Source of the DNA: Carpediemonas membranifera BICM
Taxonomy: Eukaryota > Protista > Fornicata
Length of the DNA stretch: 64,000 nucleotides
NCBI GenBank assembly: GCA_019828565.1
Contig: JAHDYR010000007.1
Location: 541,233-605,232, forward strand
Direction: 5' to 3'
Shown in pieces: positions 32,358 through 44,769 of this stretch. Numbering within the stretch: position 1 is the stretch's first letter; each line of letters opens with the position of its first letter. The position numbers were made by a program, and so were the translations under genes. The notes beneath the pieces are model-generated. The model was not told the origin of the DNA. It ran no database searches and saw nothing but the letters and a program-made list of their open reading frames with translations.

Positions 32358-34145
32358 ATGCAGGATCCGGTCCAATACCTCCTCTCCTGCTCCAATGAAG
32401 TGAGGATATGGGACTTTTCGAACAGAAAGGCCCCTTATGTGCTCTGCAATGCCCCAGAGGCCGCCCACAAGTCAAAACCAGTGAATGGCGTTGTCTGGAC
32501 GTCCAATAACTGCGTATGCGTATCAGCTGGCAGCGATGGCCATGTTGCATTGACACTGCTTCGTCCCAAGAAGAGCCCCACGATTGTAACGACCCCTTCG
32601 TTGCTCATCCCCTCGATGCAATTGGAGGAAGCTGCCATCCCGAGGCCTCTGCGCGCCGTCTCCATCACCCAGAACTCACGCTTCCTGGTCTCCGGTGGCG
32701 ATTCGAACGAGCTTTACATCTATTCTCTCAAGACCAAGCGTATGCAGGACGTCTTGACCATCCACCAGAGCCCCATCACCGCGGTCGCCAGCTCGCCCTC
32801 AGTGGACATGACGCGCACCCAGTCAGAGGACCATATTGCCTCGGGAGACGACTCGGGCAAGGTAGCAGTCACCCGCATTGTCTACGACGACGCGACGAAG
32901 CATGTGCTGGACCAGACCGTGACGTCTCTGTCGTCCCACCCCAACAAGGTCACCGCACTGTCATTCGGACCCACTCCCACCCAGCCCCAGCTCCTGGCAT
33001 CAGACGCCCTGGGCCTCATCACGTTGTACACCTGCACGAGCGGCGTGTGGCGCGAGACGGGGAGACACGCCCGCCATGACGGGTCCTGTGTCGCGTGCTT
33101 CATGGCGAGTAGTAGTTCAGACATGAGCGGTCACTATATTGCCTCGGCTGGCTCCGACGGTCATGTGTGCGTGTCCACGGTCAGCGATCTTGCAGATATC
33201 GGCCACAAGAGGAAGCCTTTCTTCGACCACTATATTCCTGGGAAAAGATTCACGTCTATTGCTGCCCGAGGGTCAATTTTGGCAGTCGGGACTGACTCTG
33301 GCGAAGTCTTCGCGCTCGACATGGCCGCAAGTGGTTCAAACGCGGTCCTCCTGGCGCGATTCAACGAGAATCCCTCCAGACTTCCCGTCAAGCAGCTTTC
33401 GTTCAGCACCATGCGTGTCCCTGCTGGCGTGCGTCCGGGCGTCTCGGCCCGAGGCCCACAGCACTTGATGCCGCGGCAGCCGCACCAGTCGGTCTCGCCG
33501 ATCAAGATCAGTCCCATTGGCCGCAAGCTGGACTCGGGGCGGTCCTCAGCAGAGCCCAGTGGAGAGAGTTTCAGGTCAGTCCGTGGGTCGACTCCGCTGA
33601 GTCTGAAGACCTCCCCCCAGGACGAGCAGGGCTCCGTCCGTATGGCCATCCCCCGGGCCTCCGTGGACACCATCCCCTCGGGCAAGTCGGCTGGGTCTGT
33701 TTACGAGAGGTCGCCCACCAGACCCGTGCCGGCGGCCCCGTCGACCGTGAGCGCCAGACATACCCCAGCGGAGGGGGTCATTGACATCCGCCCGGCCCGG
33801 CCGCTGGAGCCCACCAGGCTCGGGTCGGAGTCGGCGGGGGATGCGGAGATGGCGGAGTCCGAAGAGACTCCGAGCGAGACGAAGGAGCGCACACCGCTTG
33901 AGGGGATGGACGAGGGTTGTCGGCCGCCCCAGCTGATGGAGCTGCTCAAGATGGTGGCCGCGGGGCAGAAGGACATCCAGGAGAAGCTGGGGCTGGTTCT
34001 GGGAAAGATTGAGGACATGGAGGACCGGATCTCCAAGGTCGAGTCGATCTCGGGTCAGGTCAAGGCCCAGCTGGTGGTCGGGACTGCTGCTGGCGCAGGT
34101 CGGGTCCGGCCCGAGCTCGAGCAGGAGCTGTGGGCCCTGGTTTGA
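32358..34145 (+). CDS. WD40 protein, NEDD1/GCP-WD-like
   Basis: N-terminal WD40 repeats (VRIWDF, WTSNN...SAGSDG, LVSGGDS, IASGDDSG), S/P-rich linker, C-terminal coiled coil. Confidence 0.68.
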   Translation: MQDPVQYLLSCSNEVRIWDFSNRKAPYVLCNAPEAAHKSKPVNGVVWTSNNCVCVSAGSDGHVALTLLRPKKSPTIVTTPSLLIPSMQLEEAAIPRPLRAVSITQNSRFLVSGGDSNELYIYSLKTKRMQDVLTIHQSPITAVASSPSVDMTRTQSEDHIASGDDSGKVAVTRIVYDDATKHVLDQTVTSLSSHPNKVTALSFGPTPTQPQLLASDALGLITLYTCTSGVWRETGRHARHDGSCVACFMASSSSDMSGHYIASAGSDGHVCVSTVSDLADIGHKRKPFFDHYIPGKRFTSIAARGSILAVGTDSGEVFALDMAASGSNAVLLARFNENPSRLPVKQLSFSTMRVPAGVRPGVSARGPQHLMPRQPHQSVSPIKISPIGRKLDSGRSSAEPSGESFRSVRGSTPLSLKTSPQDEQGSVRMAIPRASVDTIPSGKSAGSVYERSPTRPVPAAPSTVSARHTPAEGVIDIRPARPLEPTRLGSESAGDAEMAESEETPSETKERTPLEGMDEGCRPPQLMELLKMVAAGQKDIQEKLGLVLGKIEDMEDRISKVESISGQVKAQLVVGTAAGAGRVRPELEQELWALV

Positions 34146-34854
34146 GGGACGGTCATGGTGTCGCGTGTCACAAAGGCCTGGCATCCCAGGGCTCAACGGG
34201 CATAGCTTCTGGTGTGCTTAGTACTGTGTGTTGGCCACCTCAACAATGACACGGTCGGCGAGGCGGCTCTTCTATGATCCGTTTTTCGGCACCACGGCAC
34301 TCTGCGCGTCTCCTGTTGTCCCGTTATGGATCGTAATAAACATGTAATCATGTAATCATTGCAGTGAGTCAGTCTTGGTTATGTTGTGCTTGCTGCACGA
34401 CATGAGGCCGGTCGGGTGAAAGTGCTCGGCCATCGATATTCGGAGCCGCAACATGAAGCTCCACTCAACCGCTGTATCATTGACGATCACACCCACCGTG
34501 ACCGTCCGATCGCATTGTCAGACTGAGCCCTCGTGTCTCACCCGGGTCTCGCCTATGATTAGTGATCACGCAATGCCGCTCGGCGGCACCCAAGGCGAGA
34601 GATTTTGCTGTGTGCAGTTCAGATGTTGGTAGCTCTCCTGGCTTTTAACAGACCCGGACAACATGACGCCATGGTGACCCTTTCCGTGGCGGTGCTCATC
34701 TGTTGACCTCAAGCCCACTGTCAGCAGGGATTGGGCCCGCCTATGCCAGCACCGGACCTTGCAACAAACTAACTCGACCAGCGAGCATCGGCCATTTACC
34801 AGTGTCGCGAAGCTGCGTGACACCCCAGCCTGGCAGTCCGCCATATAAATACAA

Positions 34855-35700
34855 CTAGTCGGTCTTCTCCCACTCCTGGAGCCACGAGGCCCCGCGTCTC
34901 CTCATCCTGAAGTGGAGGAAGGCCTTGGTCGCCTTGATGTGGTAGGCAAGGTACGTCCGGAAGTTCTGGAGGCGTGCAGAGACCGTTTCCTCGTGGTTGC
35001 CGGCATAGTGGTGCGGGTCGAGCTTGAAGGAGACGAAGCCGACCATTTCCTTGTCAGTGACGCCAGGGACGCCCTCGAGATCAGTGGGGACGCTGTCGTC
35101 AAAGCGGCAGGGCGGGCACGAAGACAGGGCATGGTTGTTCTTGGCATCCTGGAACTCCTGGCAGAACACACGGGCGATTGCGGCCTCTGTGACGTCCATG
35201 AAGTGGAGGGAGAAGATGATGAGGACACCATCGCTCTGGGCCTTCAGGTAGATCTTCTCCTTGGGCCGGTACGCCAGCTGGACAATAGAGTTGTCAGCCT
35301 TGCCATCCACGACCTTTCTGATTGTGCTCTTGAAGGGCGCGGAGTACATGGTCGTCTTGAGGCGGGCCACGGAGCTGATCACTTCCTCAACGTTGTCAGG
35401 AGGAGTAGCAATGTCGAACTGGAGCGTGTAGTTCATGTTGGGAGCAGGCTCAACCTTCCACTGGCCATACTTCTCGTCGAGGTAGCTCATGACATCGAAA
35501 CTCTGGAGTTCCTCCCAGCATGGAGACGAAATGCTGACGCGGAGAATGGTGCCTTCGCTGGCAGCATAGTGAATAGCAATCCGAACGCCATCGTAGTCGC
35601 TGAAATCGCTGTCCAGGATCTGCGGACGGTCTTCGGGATCCCCAAATGCCTTTGTCAAGACCTGACGGATAACATCGTGCTCTTCAGGAAGAATGATCAT
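34855..35700 (-). CDS. ARPC2: Arp2/3 complex 34-kDa subunit
   Basis: MIIL, DYDGV, YRPKE, ARVFCQEF and NFRTYLAYHIKATKAFLHFRMR. Confidence 0.92.
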   Translation of the reverse strand: MIILPEEHDVIRQVLTKAFGDPEDRPQILDSDFSDYDGVRIAIHYAASEGTILRVSISSPCWEELQSFDVMSYLDEKYGQWKVEPAPNMNYTLQFDIATPPDNVEEVISSVARLKTTMYSAPFKSTIRKVVDGKADNSIVQLAYRPKEKIYLKAQSDGVLIIFSLHFMDVTEAAIARVFCQEFQDAKNNHALSSCPPCRFDDSVPTDLEGVPGVTDKEMVGFVSFKLDPHHYAGNHEETVSARLQNFRTYLAYHIKATKAFLHFRMRRRGASWLQEWEKTD

Positions 35701-36134
35701 CTAAATAAGCTGATAATAACACCCAGGCAGCGGTTGCGCGCATGGTCCTAAGACAAACGAGATGGTGGGGGGAGTTTGCGTTGTGATTTTTTCGTGCCAC
35801 GAAAAGTGGCAAGTTGCGTGTGTCTGCATCTACACGTGGCATTGGGGATGCACATGTGTCTAATTAGTATCTTGGTGGAGGCATAAGGCTTGGCCGGCGT
35901 GGCATAGCAAAAGTATGGCCCGGATGTCAACTCAAATCTTGTCGGCGCAGCCACATTCGCGGCCACCGTGGGTCGGTGCGTGTGTACGTGCTCGGCTGCC
36001 TCGTTGGGGCCGGCCGGCATCAGATCAATCATCAGATCGATTTCGTGCCCGCTCATCGCATCGATCCCCGGATGGCAGAACAGTGAACAACGTGCGTTCC
36101 CCACAACACCGCTCACACAGACTTAGATAAGCAC

Positions 36135-37212
36135 ATGACTGCTATCGGAATCGACTTAGGCACCACATACTCCTGCGTTGGCGTGTTCATGAACGACCGC
36201 GTCGAGATCATCGCCAACGACCAGGGCAACCGCACAACACCCTCATACGTCGCCTTCAACGAGGACGAGCGCCTCATCGGCGAGGCCGCGAAGAACCAGA
36301 CGGCGATGAACCCCACCAACACAGTCTTCGACGCGAAGCGCCTCATCGGGCGCCGCTTCAACGACCGCGAGGTCCGGGCCGACATGGGCCACTGGCCGTT
36401 CAAGGTCGTCGCGGGCGCGGGCGACAAGCCGGCCGTCCAGGTGCAGCACAAGGGCGAGACCCGCACCTTCCAGGTCGAGGAGATCTCGGGCATGGTCCTG
36501 CAGAAGATGAAGGAGACCGCCGAGGCCTACCTCGGCAAGCCCGTCAGCAAGGCCGTCATCACGGTCCCCGCGTACTTCAACGACTCGCAGCGCCAGGCCA
36601 CGAAGGACGCCGGCCAGATCGCGGGCCTCGAGGTCCTCCGCATCATCAACGAGCCGACCGCCGCGGCGATCGCGTACGGGCTCGACAACAAGTCGGCCGC
36701 GGAGAAGAACGTCCTGATCTTCGACCTCGGCGGCGGCACGTTCGACGTCTCGCTACTCACCATCGACGAGGGCATCTTCGAGGTCAAGGCGACCGCGGGC
36801 GACACGCACCTCGGCGGCGAGGACTTCGACAACCGCATGGTCAACCACTTCGTGACCGAGTTCAAGCGCAAGCACAAGATGGACATCAGCGGCAACGCCC
36901 GCGCGATGCACCGTCTGCGCACGGCCTGCGAGCGCGCCAAGCGCACGCTCTCGTCGTCGACCCAGGCCGCGATCGAGATCGACTCGCTCTACGAGGGCGT
37001 CGACTTCTTCACGAACATCACGCGCGCCCGCTTCGAGGACCTCTGCGGCGACCTCTTCCGCGGCTGCATCGACCCCGTCCAGCGTGTGCTCACCGACGCG
37101 AAGCTCGACAAGACCAAGATCCACGAGATCGTGCTCGTCGGCGGGTCGACCCGCATCCCCAAGGTGCAGCAGCTGCTCAAGGACTTCTTCAACGGCAAGG
37201 AGCCCAGCAAGA

Positions 37213-37243
<31 letters not shown>

Positions 37244-38054
37244 CGCCGCCGTCCAGGCCGCCATCCTCGCGGGCGACAAGTCCGAGAAGGTCTCCGACCT
37301 CCTCCTGCTCGACGTCACGCCCCTCTCGCTCGGCATCGAGACCGCCGGCGGCGTGATGACGACGCTCATCAAGCGCAACACGACGATCCCCGCGCACGCC
37401 AAGGAGACGTTCTCGACCTTCGCCGACAACCAGCCCGCCGTGACTATCCAGGTCTTCGAGGGCGAGCGCGCCCGCACGCGCGACTGCAACAAGCTCGGCA
37501 CGTTCGACCTGACCGGCATCCCGCTCGCGCCCCGCGGCGTCCCGAAGATCGAGGTGTCGTTCGACATCGACGCCAACGGCATCCTCCAGGTCACCGCCGA
37601 GGACAAGAGCTCGGGCAACCGCCAGCAGATCACGATCACCAACGACTCCGGCCGCCTCTCCAAGGACGACATCGAGCGCATGGTCGCCGACGCGGAGCGG
37701 TTCAAGGCCGACGACGAGAAGGTCCGCGAGAAGGTCGAGGCGCGCAACGGCCTCGAGAACTTCGCCTACTCCCTCCGCAACACCATCGAGGACGAGAAGT
37801 TCAAGGACAAGATCTCCGCCGAGGACAAGGACAAGCTCGACGCCGAGATCAAGAACGTCATGAGCTGGCTCGACACCCACGTCGACGCCGAGAAGGAGGA
37901 GTTCGAGGCCAAGCGCAAGGAGCTCGAGCAGGTCTCGACACCCATCATGACCAAGCTCTACGCCGAGGGCGCGCCGCAGGGCATGCCCGACATGGGCGGG
38001 GCGCCTGGCGCGGCCCCATCGGGTGCCGGCCCCACGGTCGAGGAGCTCGACTGA
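36135..38054 (+). CDS. HSP70: Cytosolic Hsp70, copy 2, intact (639 aa)
   Basis: All Hsp70 signatures; C-terminal GPTVEELD. Confidence 0.97.
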
Positions 38055-38109
38055 GCATGCAGACGGACAGTTTATTAAACGGCACACTGAGTTCGGAACA
38101 TTTACCAGG

Positions 38110-38963
38110 CTAGGCCAGCACCGCCAGCGCGAGGACCACAGCAGCGAGCGCGACCGGCATCCAGCCCCCAGCGCTTGTCGGCGCGGACATCTGCTCGAAT
38201 CTGAGTGTGAGCGTCACCTCGTACGTCATGGGGTCCATCGACTCGACAAAGTAGACGTCCTCGTAAACCTTGAACATGGGCCAGAGGCACATGTTGTCGA
38301 CGAAGCATGTGTACCCAACGTAGTTGATGCCGTAGCTCTCCTCCGTGCCATCGATCGCGTCCAGGCTCGAGTCGAGCGTCTCGAACTGGTAGGTCCTGGC
38401 GTCTTCGTAGAAGAGCTCGTTCGCCATGACCACGCCGTTCCGCTGGTCGACCGAGTTGAAGCCCAGTGTGGTCGAGGAGACAGTGCTGTGGGTGAAGGTG
38501 TTCGAGGCAGAGAAGCTCCAATCGTCGGAGCCGGAGTCGTAGTCGATGAAGCCCGACTTGTAGCCGGTGTACGACGTCTGCTGGTGTGCACTGATGGCGC
38601 CAGGCTGGGCAGCAAACACGGGGGCGAGCGACGGTATGGCGGGCACGTAGAAGCGGCCGGTCCAGAGTGAAGTCGCAACAGCCGAGAAGTCGGAGTTGAT
38701 GCCGAGAATGCTGACCTCGGTGTAGTCGGAGGACAGCAGGGCCACAGAGAGCCCGCCCTTGTTGTAGAGCCGGACCTGGTTGAAAGAGACTCCCGAGGTG
38801 CCCAGGGTGACGCTGTCGAGGAGCTCGAGGTCGAGCGAGTATCTCAGAATCTCGAGCTGGGTGCAGACGTAGAGGTACGTGCCGTCACAGATCATGGGCA
38901 TTGCGTTGGTGCGGTCGGCAATCGTGGCCGACCCGAGCTGGGTGCCGTCGTACGCGAGCGCGG
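38110..38963 (-). pseudogene. 5'-truncated copy of the 4553-5797 surface-protein gene
   Basis: Near-identical to 4944-5797; the first ~130 codons are replaced by the retroelement. Confidence 0.85.
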
Positions 38964-39029
38964 TGTGCCGTGCTAGGGCCCAGAAATATGATAAAGACTG
39001 TTTTACGAATTCCGCAGGTTAAGGGCACA
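38964..39029 (-). repeat. Putative 66-bp 3' LTR of family 1
   Basis: 6-bp perfect inverted termini TGTGCC/GGCACA; directly follows the PPT and ends at the host junction. Confidence 0.7.
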
Positions 39030-39055
39030 CTTCCCTCCCAATGCGTGTCGCACGA

Positions 39056-42000
39056 CTAACGGCGACCGCTCCTGCGGAACTTCTTCTTAGCACTCTCAAA
39101 CATCGGCTTGAGACCAGGATTGAGCTCGAGATAACTGTCGATAGCCTCGAGCTGGTCGTAGTAGCGATTATAGGGGATGTATGAGTCCTCGTCGGGGGTG
39201 AGGCCTTCCCAACGGATCAGTAGCTCCAGAGAGCCGTTCTTCTTCTTACGGTGGCCTACGACTGCCTCCACGGGTTGTTCATCTTGCTCGTAGGCGGCAA
39301 TTTCCTCGAGCTCCTTCTCCGTGAGGCCGTCGGCGTGGAATGTGACGAGTCGGTCTGCGTGGACTGTGGCGACGCACTTCGACACGAGATCCATCACCTT
39401 GTAGGTGTTGGGGTGATCGCCCTTCCCCTCCATGCGGAGCGGTCCGCGCAGAGGCGGGAGTAGCTTGGTCGGCGGCTTGCCCGGGTATCTCAGCAGGACG
39501 TAGGTTTCGTTCTCCCAGGCCCGTGTGCTGTCCGAGGAGCCTGCAGCCTTGTTTACCTCGTAGGCTTTGACCTTGATCGCGGCAAGTTGTTGGAGCGACG
39601 TGACGTGGGCCTGGAAGCGGACGATGTCGTCGGCTTCGACTGAGCCCGGCTCGAGCATCTGGGTTGCGTTGGTCAGGGCGTCGGGCGCGACGCGCAGCAT
39701 GGTTGACTTGCGTCCGAACAATAGTTCGAAGGGGCTGAGGCCTGTGGTGGAGTGGCGGGTGGCGTTGATAACGTGCTGGGCGATGGGCAGGTATGCGGGC
39801 CAGTTGTCGTCGCGGGCGTCCAGCAGGAGCGCTCTTAAGCGTCTCATGACGGTACCATTCAGGCGTTCGACTACGCCGTTGCTGGCCGGATGATATGCCG
39901 TACTGAACCGGTGCTTGAGGCTCAGTCGCTCGTTCATCTCCTCGACTAGGGCATTCCTGAACTGTGTACCTTGGTCAGACTGGAGCTCGGCCGGGACGCC
40001 GAAAGTCGCCCAGATCTCCAGCAATGCGGCTGCTGCCTCGGCTGCGCTCGTTGACCGTGTGGGCTTCAATATGGTGAACTTCGAGAACACGTCCACCACC
40101 GTGATGACGTACTTGAGACCGTCTCTCTCGGGCAAAGGGCCAATGGTGTCCACCTGCACCGTCTCGAATGGGCGGATGCGCTGAGTAGAGTGCCACTTGA
40201 TCGGCTCCTTGCGGGCTGGCTTTGTCTTGCGACAGATTGGACACTGGCGTAAGGTCGCGCGGACGTCATCCGACATGCCTGGCCACGTGACACCGGACTG
40301 CTTCAGATTGGCGATGGTCTGGTCTGGGCCGACGTGGCCCTGTGCACCGGCGTGCGCCCTGGTGATCTGCTCTTGGCGCGTCGTGGTGACGTGGTCGATC
40401 GAGCGGCGCACCTCGTTCTTGCGCTGAGATGATGGCCGCGACAGTGCGTCGGCTACGAGGTTCTGCGCTCCAGCTATGTGTGTGACGTTATACGGATACT
40501 CTGTCATGGTGAGTCGCCATCGTGTCAGTTTCTTAGTGCCGTCCTCGTCTGTCTTCCTGAGTAGCCATATCAGATTACGATGGTCCGTGCGAAGCTCGAA
40601 CGGCTTCAGCTTGAAGAGGGGGGAAAACTCTGGTCGCGTTACACAATAGACAATGGCGAAAAGCTCCTGTTCCACCGTGGACCACCGTTGCTGGGTCTCG
40701 TCGAGGGTCTTGCTGTAGAAGGCGAGTGGGACCTTCTCGTCACCCTCGCCCTGCCACAGTACACCACCGATGGCGGTCGACGATGCGTCGGTCTCGAGAG
40801 TCCACTTTGCACTCAGGTCTGGGAGCGCGAGGGCGGTGTGCTCGGCTACTAGGGTCTTCATACGGGCGAATGCTTCGTCCTCAGTGGCAGTCCAATCGAG
40901 GGGGGCCGACTTCTGCGGCGATCCCTTTAGGAGGGCGTTGAGCGGGGCTGATGCGTGGGCGAGGTGTGGGATATAGTTTGACAGATAGTTGAACTTGCCT
41001 AGCGTGCGGCGCAGCTCCGTTGTCGTCGTTGGGGGTGTGAGGTCCTGGATGGCTGCGATACGTGAGGGGAAACCGACCTGCCAGACTCGTTGACTATAAA
41101 CCCACAGACTTCAACCTCCTTCATGCCAATGGCACACTTGTCGGCGCGGAGTTTGATATCGTAAGCTTCCAACTGGTCGAAGATCTGGGTGAGGGTCGAC
41201 TTGAAATCCTGAATGGAGCGGGCGTACGCAAAGATATCGTCGATATAGGCTCTCGAACCGTCGATACCAGCGAGCATCTCGTCCATGGCTCGCTGGAACT
41301 TTGCTGGGGCGTTCTTCAGCCCGAATGGTGTACGTAAGAACTCGTAATGCCCGCCCGGGACGGTGAATGCGGTGAGCGGGATGCTATCGGTTGCCATGTT
41401 CTGCTGCCAGTATCCGCTGCGCAGGTCGAGCGCCGCGAACACGGAGCATCCGCTCGCCTCGTGTACAAACGATCGGATGTCCGGCGTGGGGTACAGGTCG
41501 TCGATGGTGGCGTTGTTCAAGACGTTGTAAGCGATGCAGAAGCGGTCTTCGCCGCTCTTCTTCTTTGCCATGACGTGCGGGCTAGAGTGCGGACTTTGAC
41601 TCTCTCGGATCACGCCCTGGTTGAGCATCTTGTCGATCTCCGCGAGGGCTGAGTTTCCCGGGTCACCCTTCAACGGCCTGGGTCGGGCCCTGGGTGTAGG
41701 GCGGCTTGGATCGACGACGATCTCGTGTGGCGGCATCCTGCTGCCATCCGGAGGTAGAGGGCCAAACACGGCCTTGCGCTCGCGAAGGAAGTCGGTCAGC
41801 CAGGCAGCCAGCTCCGGGTTCTCTTCGGTCGGCAGCTTAACCTTGCGCCACTCTTCCTCGGGGTCGACTTCTTCTGTTGTCGAGTCGAGGTAGGGGTGCT
41901 GTCCCAGGCCGTCGTCGTCATCGATCGGGTCAGCGGACGGTATTAGTAGCCGGTCGTTCAGCAGGAAGCCGAGGCGGCGGAGCAAATCGCGTCCAATGAG

Positions 42001-43260
42001 GACCTTCTTCCTCTGGCCCTTCGTGACCATGAGCAATGCAGTGGTGGTCACGGTCTTTCCGTCGACACTGGGGAGGGTCAGCGAGACCTTGGCGGCTTTG
42101 CCAGTGGAGATGATCTCGTCCCCAGCGCCGAGAAGTTCGACTGAGGTCGGTATCAGGGTCACGTCGGGGATCGCTGCGAGGGCAGGGGCTGATATGACCG
42201 ACGTGCAAGCGCCGATGTCGAACTTGACGTTCATGTGCTGGCCGTTGATAACAGCCGGGACCTTCACCGGGTCCTTGTCGAGTATGATGTCCTCGATCTC
42301 GTAGACTTCGTTCTCCAACTCCGAATGAGACGCTTCATCCGCGTCAAACACCTCATCGACGCGGCGGGGGTTCTTCAGGGTAGACGAGGGGCGGAGGTCC
42401 ATGCGGCCGGCCCGGCGATCCGACTGTTGGTGACTGGTGGGCGCCACAGGGCGTGCGCGGTTGCCGGGCTGCTTTTGCCGCTCTTCGGGTCTGCGTTCCT
42501 GACGCTTCTCGGTCTGTGGCTGGCGTTCTTGGGCCTTGTAAGCCTCCCGTCTGATGAGGAACCTGCAGTCCTTCGTCTCGTGGTGCGGGTTCCAGCCATG
42601 CTGTGTGCAGTATCTCGTGTGGGAAGGAGGCATGCGGAACTTGGTCTTGTCCCTGAACTGCTGGAACGGATCGCGACCATCGAGCCTGCGAGCGAGCGGC
42701 TTCCTGCCTGAAGTGCCCGACGCCTGCTCGTTGTTGTCGGCTTGTGGGCTGGCGAGTCTGAAGGCACGCCATGGGATAATGATGTTCTCGTCGTGATCAA
42801 CATCCAAGTCGCGTAGTTTGTCGAGAAGTTCGCTGATCTTGTCGGAGTAGTCCTCAATCTCTTCTTCGTATACATCCTCGGCTTCTTTGGAGAAACCTCT
42901 AGTGGCGAAGTCCCGAATGATCCGCTCGAGCAGTTTTGCGGAGATGGTGGGGACGTCCTTGATGTCTGGGTTGAGGGCGCTTATGAGCTTACGTGCCTTC
43001 TCGACGGCCGTTCGGTGCCGGGGCTCCGGACCGTATAGCGTGATGTTGTCGAGCTTTGCCTTGAGGAGCTTGGCTCTTGCGCCCGGGTCCGTACTAGTCA
43101 AGAGGGTATATGCGAGGTAGGGGGCGATGGAGGTCGCCTCCTTGGCGAGGAAAGCGTAGACGTCCCCGCCATCGAAGACTGGCCAAGCCGCCGAGGAGGG
43201 GGCGGGCTTGGTCTCCTCGGGCACTGGGGGCATGTACACGAACGCCACCGAGACGTCCAT
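39056..43260 (-). CDS. Family 1 gag-pol polyprotein (one frameshift near 41065)
   Basis: Protease KFDIGAC, RT LDLRSGYWQ / PFGLKNAP / YIDD, RNase H TDAS..TDH..ADALSR, integrase HHCC plus D,D,E, chromodomain VEAVVGHRKKKNGSLELLIRWEG. Confidence 0.92.
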
Positions 43261-43621
43261 GCAGTCAATTCTGGTACCTTTTCTGGAACAAATAGTTCCA
43301 GAATTGGTTCCAGTTTCTTTGATCGATTTTGATCGAATCTCGCGGATCAGTAGTAAAGTTGGCGTGCGTACTCTATAGACCTAGCTTCACCTCTGGACAC
43401 ATTACTACTGCATGCAGATGTCTCAATAAATATTTATGATCGGTTTTCGTATCGTCAGTGCAGGATAAGGTCGCATGACTTGGCCAAAGTCGCTCTTCAG
43501 AACTCGATCGTCTGACACATACAAACGCTAAAAGTGGTTGGCAAAGATGCATTAGACCTTGTATATGACGTGTATAGACAAAATTTCGGGTGTTGCACTG
43601 TCACCTCTGAGGGGTATCCTC

Positions 43622-43771
43622 TGGACATCAGGCATGCCACAGAACATGTAAGCAACATCAAACCCGCCTAATTCCAGCTCATTTAGTCAATAAACACATC
43701 ATCACATTCCAATATCTCCTCATGATGCGCCAGATGGCAAGTGACTCTGGCCTGCTCCTCCGGTGAATGAC
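43622..43771 (+). repeat. 150-bp direct repeat, copy 1
   Basis: Identical to 46121-46270. Confidence 0.9.
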
Positions 43772-44229
43772 AATGCAGTAGTCTGGAAGGATGTTGAGAG
43801 AGCCCCAAAGGCCAGGCGAGTAAGCGCTACACAACCGCTTCACCAGCCCTCCAAGGCAGCGTTCTGGACCTGCGTCATCTCCGGCGAACTGGGATGATCC
43901 AAAGTAACGGTGTAGTGTTCTTTCTGGCAGCTAATTGTGCATAAGCGAATGCTTTGTGGTCATTTATTGCTCTTTGGCGCAGCAACGCCCACAATTCTTT
44001 GGGATACTGTTCTTTTGGTGTTGATGTTGTTATTGATGTTGATTTCTCCGCTTTTCGCTGCTTTGCGTTGTAATTGCAATGTTTTCTAGTACATTCCGCG
44101 CATCAGATCATTGCTACAACCTGAACTCGCCATTTTGGTGTTGCAATGAAACTATCCCCTAAAGTGCACACTAAATGAAATCAGATCAAGCAGACAAGAC
44201 AGCAACGTACATTTACGAGTGAGGACGCT

Positions 44230-44506
44230 GGAGAGAGCAGAGCGCCTGGGAAACAGCGCTGGGGACAGGAGCCCCGGAGGATAGAGCCCGGGGGAGAAGA
44301 GCGCGGGAGAGAGGAGCCCGGGAGAGCGCCCGGGAGAGAGGAGCCCGGGAGAGAGAAGCCCGGGAGAGCGCCCGGGAGAGAGGAGCCCGGGAGAGAGGAG
44401 CCCAGGGGAGAGGAGCCCGGGGGAGAAGAGCGCGGGAGAGAGGAGCCCGGGAGAGCGCCCGGGAGAGAGGAGCCCGGGAGAGAGAAGCCTGGGAGAGCGC
44501 CCGGGG
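44230..44506 (+). repeat. Purine-rich minisatellite, ~12-15-bp units (GCCCGGGAGAGAGGA)
   Basis: Direct reading. Confidence 0.9.
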
Positions 44507-44516
44507 CAATTCAGGG

Positions 44517-44600
44517 CCCCGAAAACGCCAGCACCAGCGCAAGTAAGCTATTTTATTGCAAACCGCTCTACTTGCGCTGGTACTTCAGCGTTTTCGCGGC
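44517..44600. other. Long imperfect hairpin 1
   Basis: CCCCGAAAACGC..ACCAGCGCAAGTA pairs with TACTTGCGCTGGT..GCGTTTTCGCGG. Confidence 0.75.
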
Positions 44601-44769
44601 CCTTTGCCCATCATTCGTCGTCTGAATTTTTTCGTGCAGAATTCAGACGAGTGTCGCCTGGCAGAGGCTGAGCAGCGGAGCTTAGTCCCTGTGGCACCAC
44701 TCGTCTGGCCCAGCTCCCGGGCATGCTCACGAAAATACAGGTGCAGATTTGGGAGCAGAATGATCGACG

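Larger units (their letters stand above)
35942..38963. repeat. 3.0-kb segmental duplication, copy 2 (inverted relative to 4944-7964)
   Basis: Ends exactly at the retroelement LTR (38964). Confidence 0.93.
38964..43310 (-). mobile_element. Ty3/Gypsy chromodomain retrotransposon, family 1 (3' LTR present, no 5' LTR found)
   Basis: gag-PR-RT-RH-INT-chromodomain order; PPT GGGAGGGAAG (39030-39039, minus strand) abuts TGTGCC...GGCACA. Confidence 0.92.

Noticed and set aside
34146-34854. RNase P/MRP or SRP RNA in the intergenic gap
   Set aside because: Conserved pairing elements could not be identified by eye; needs an Infernal search.
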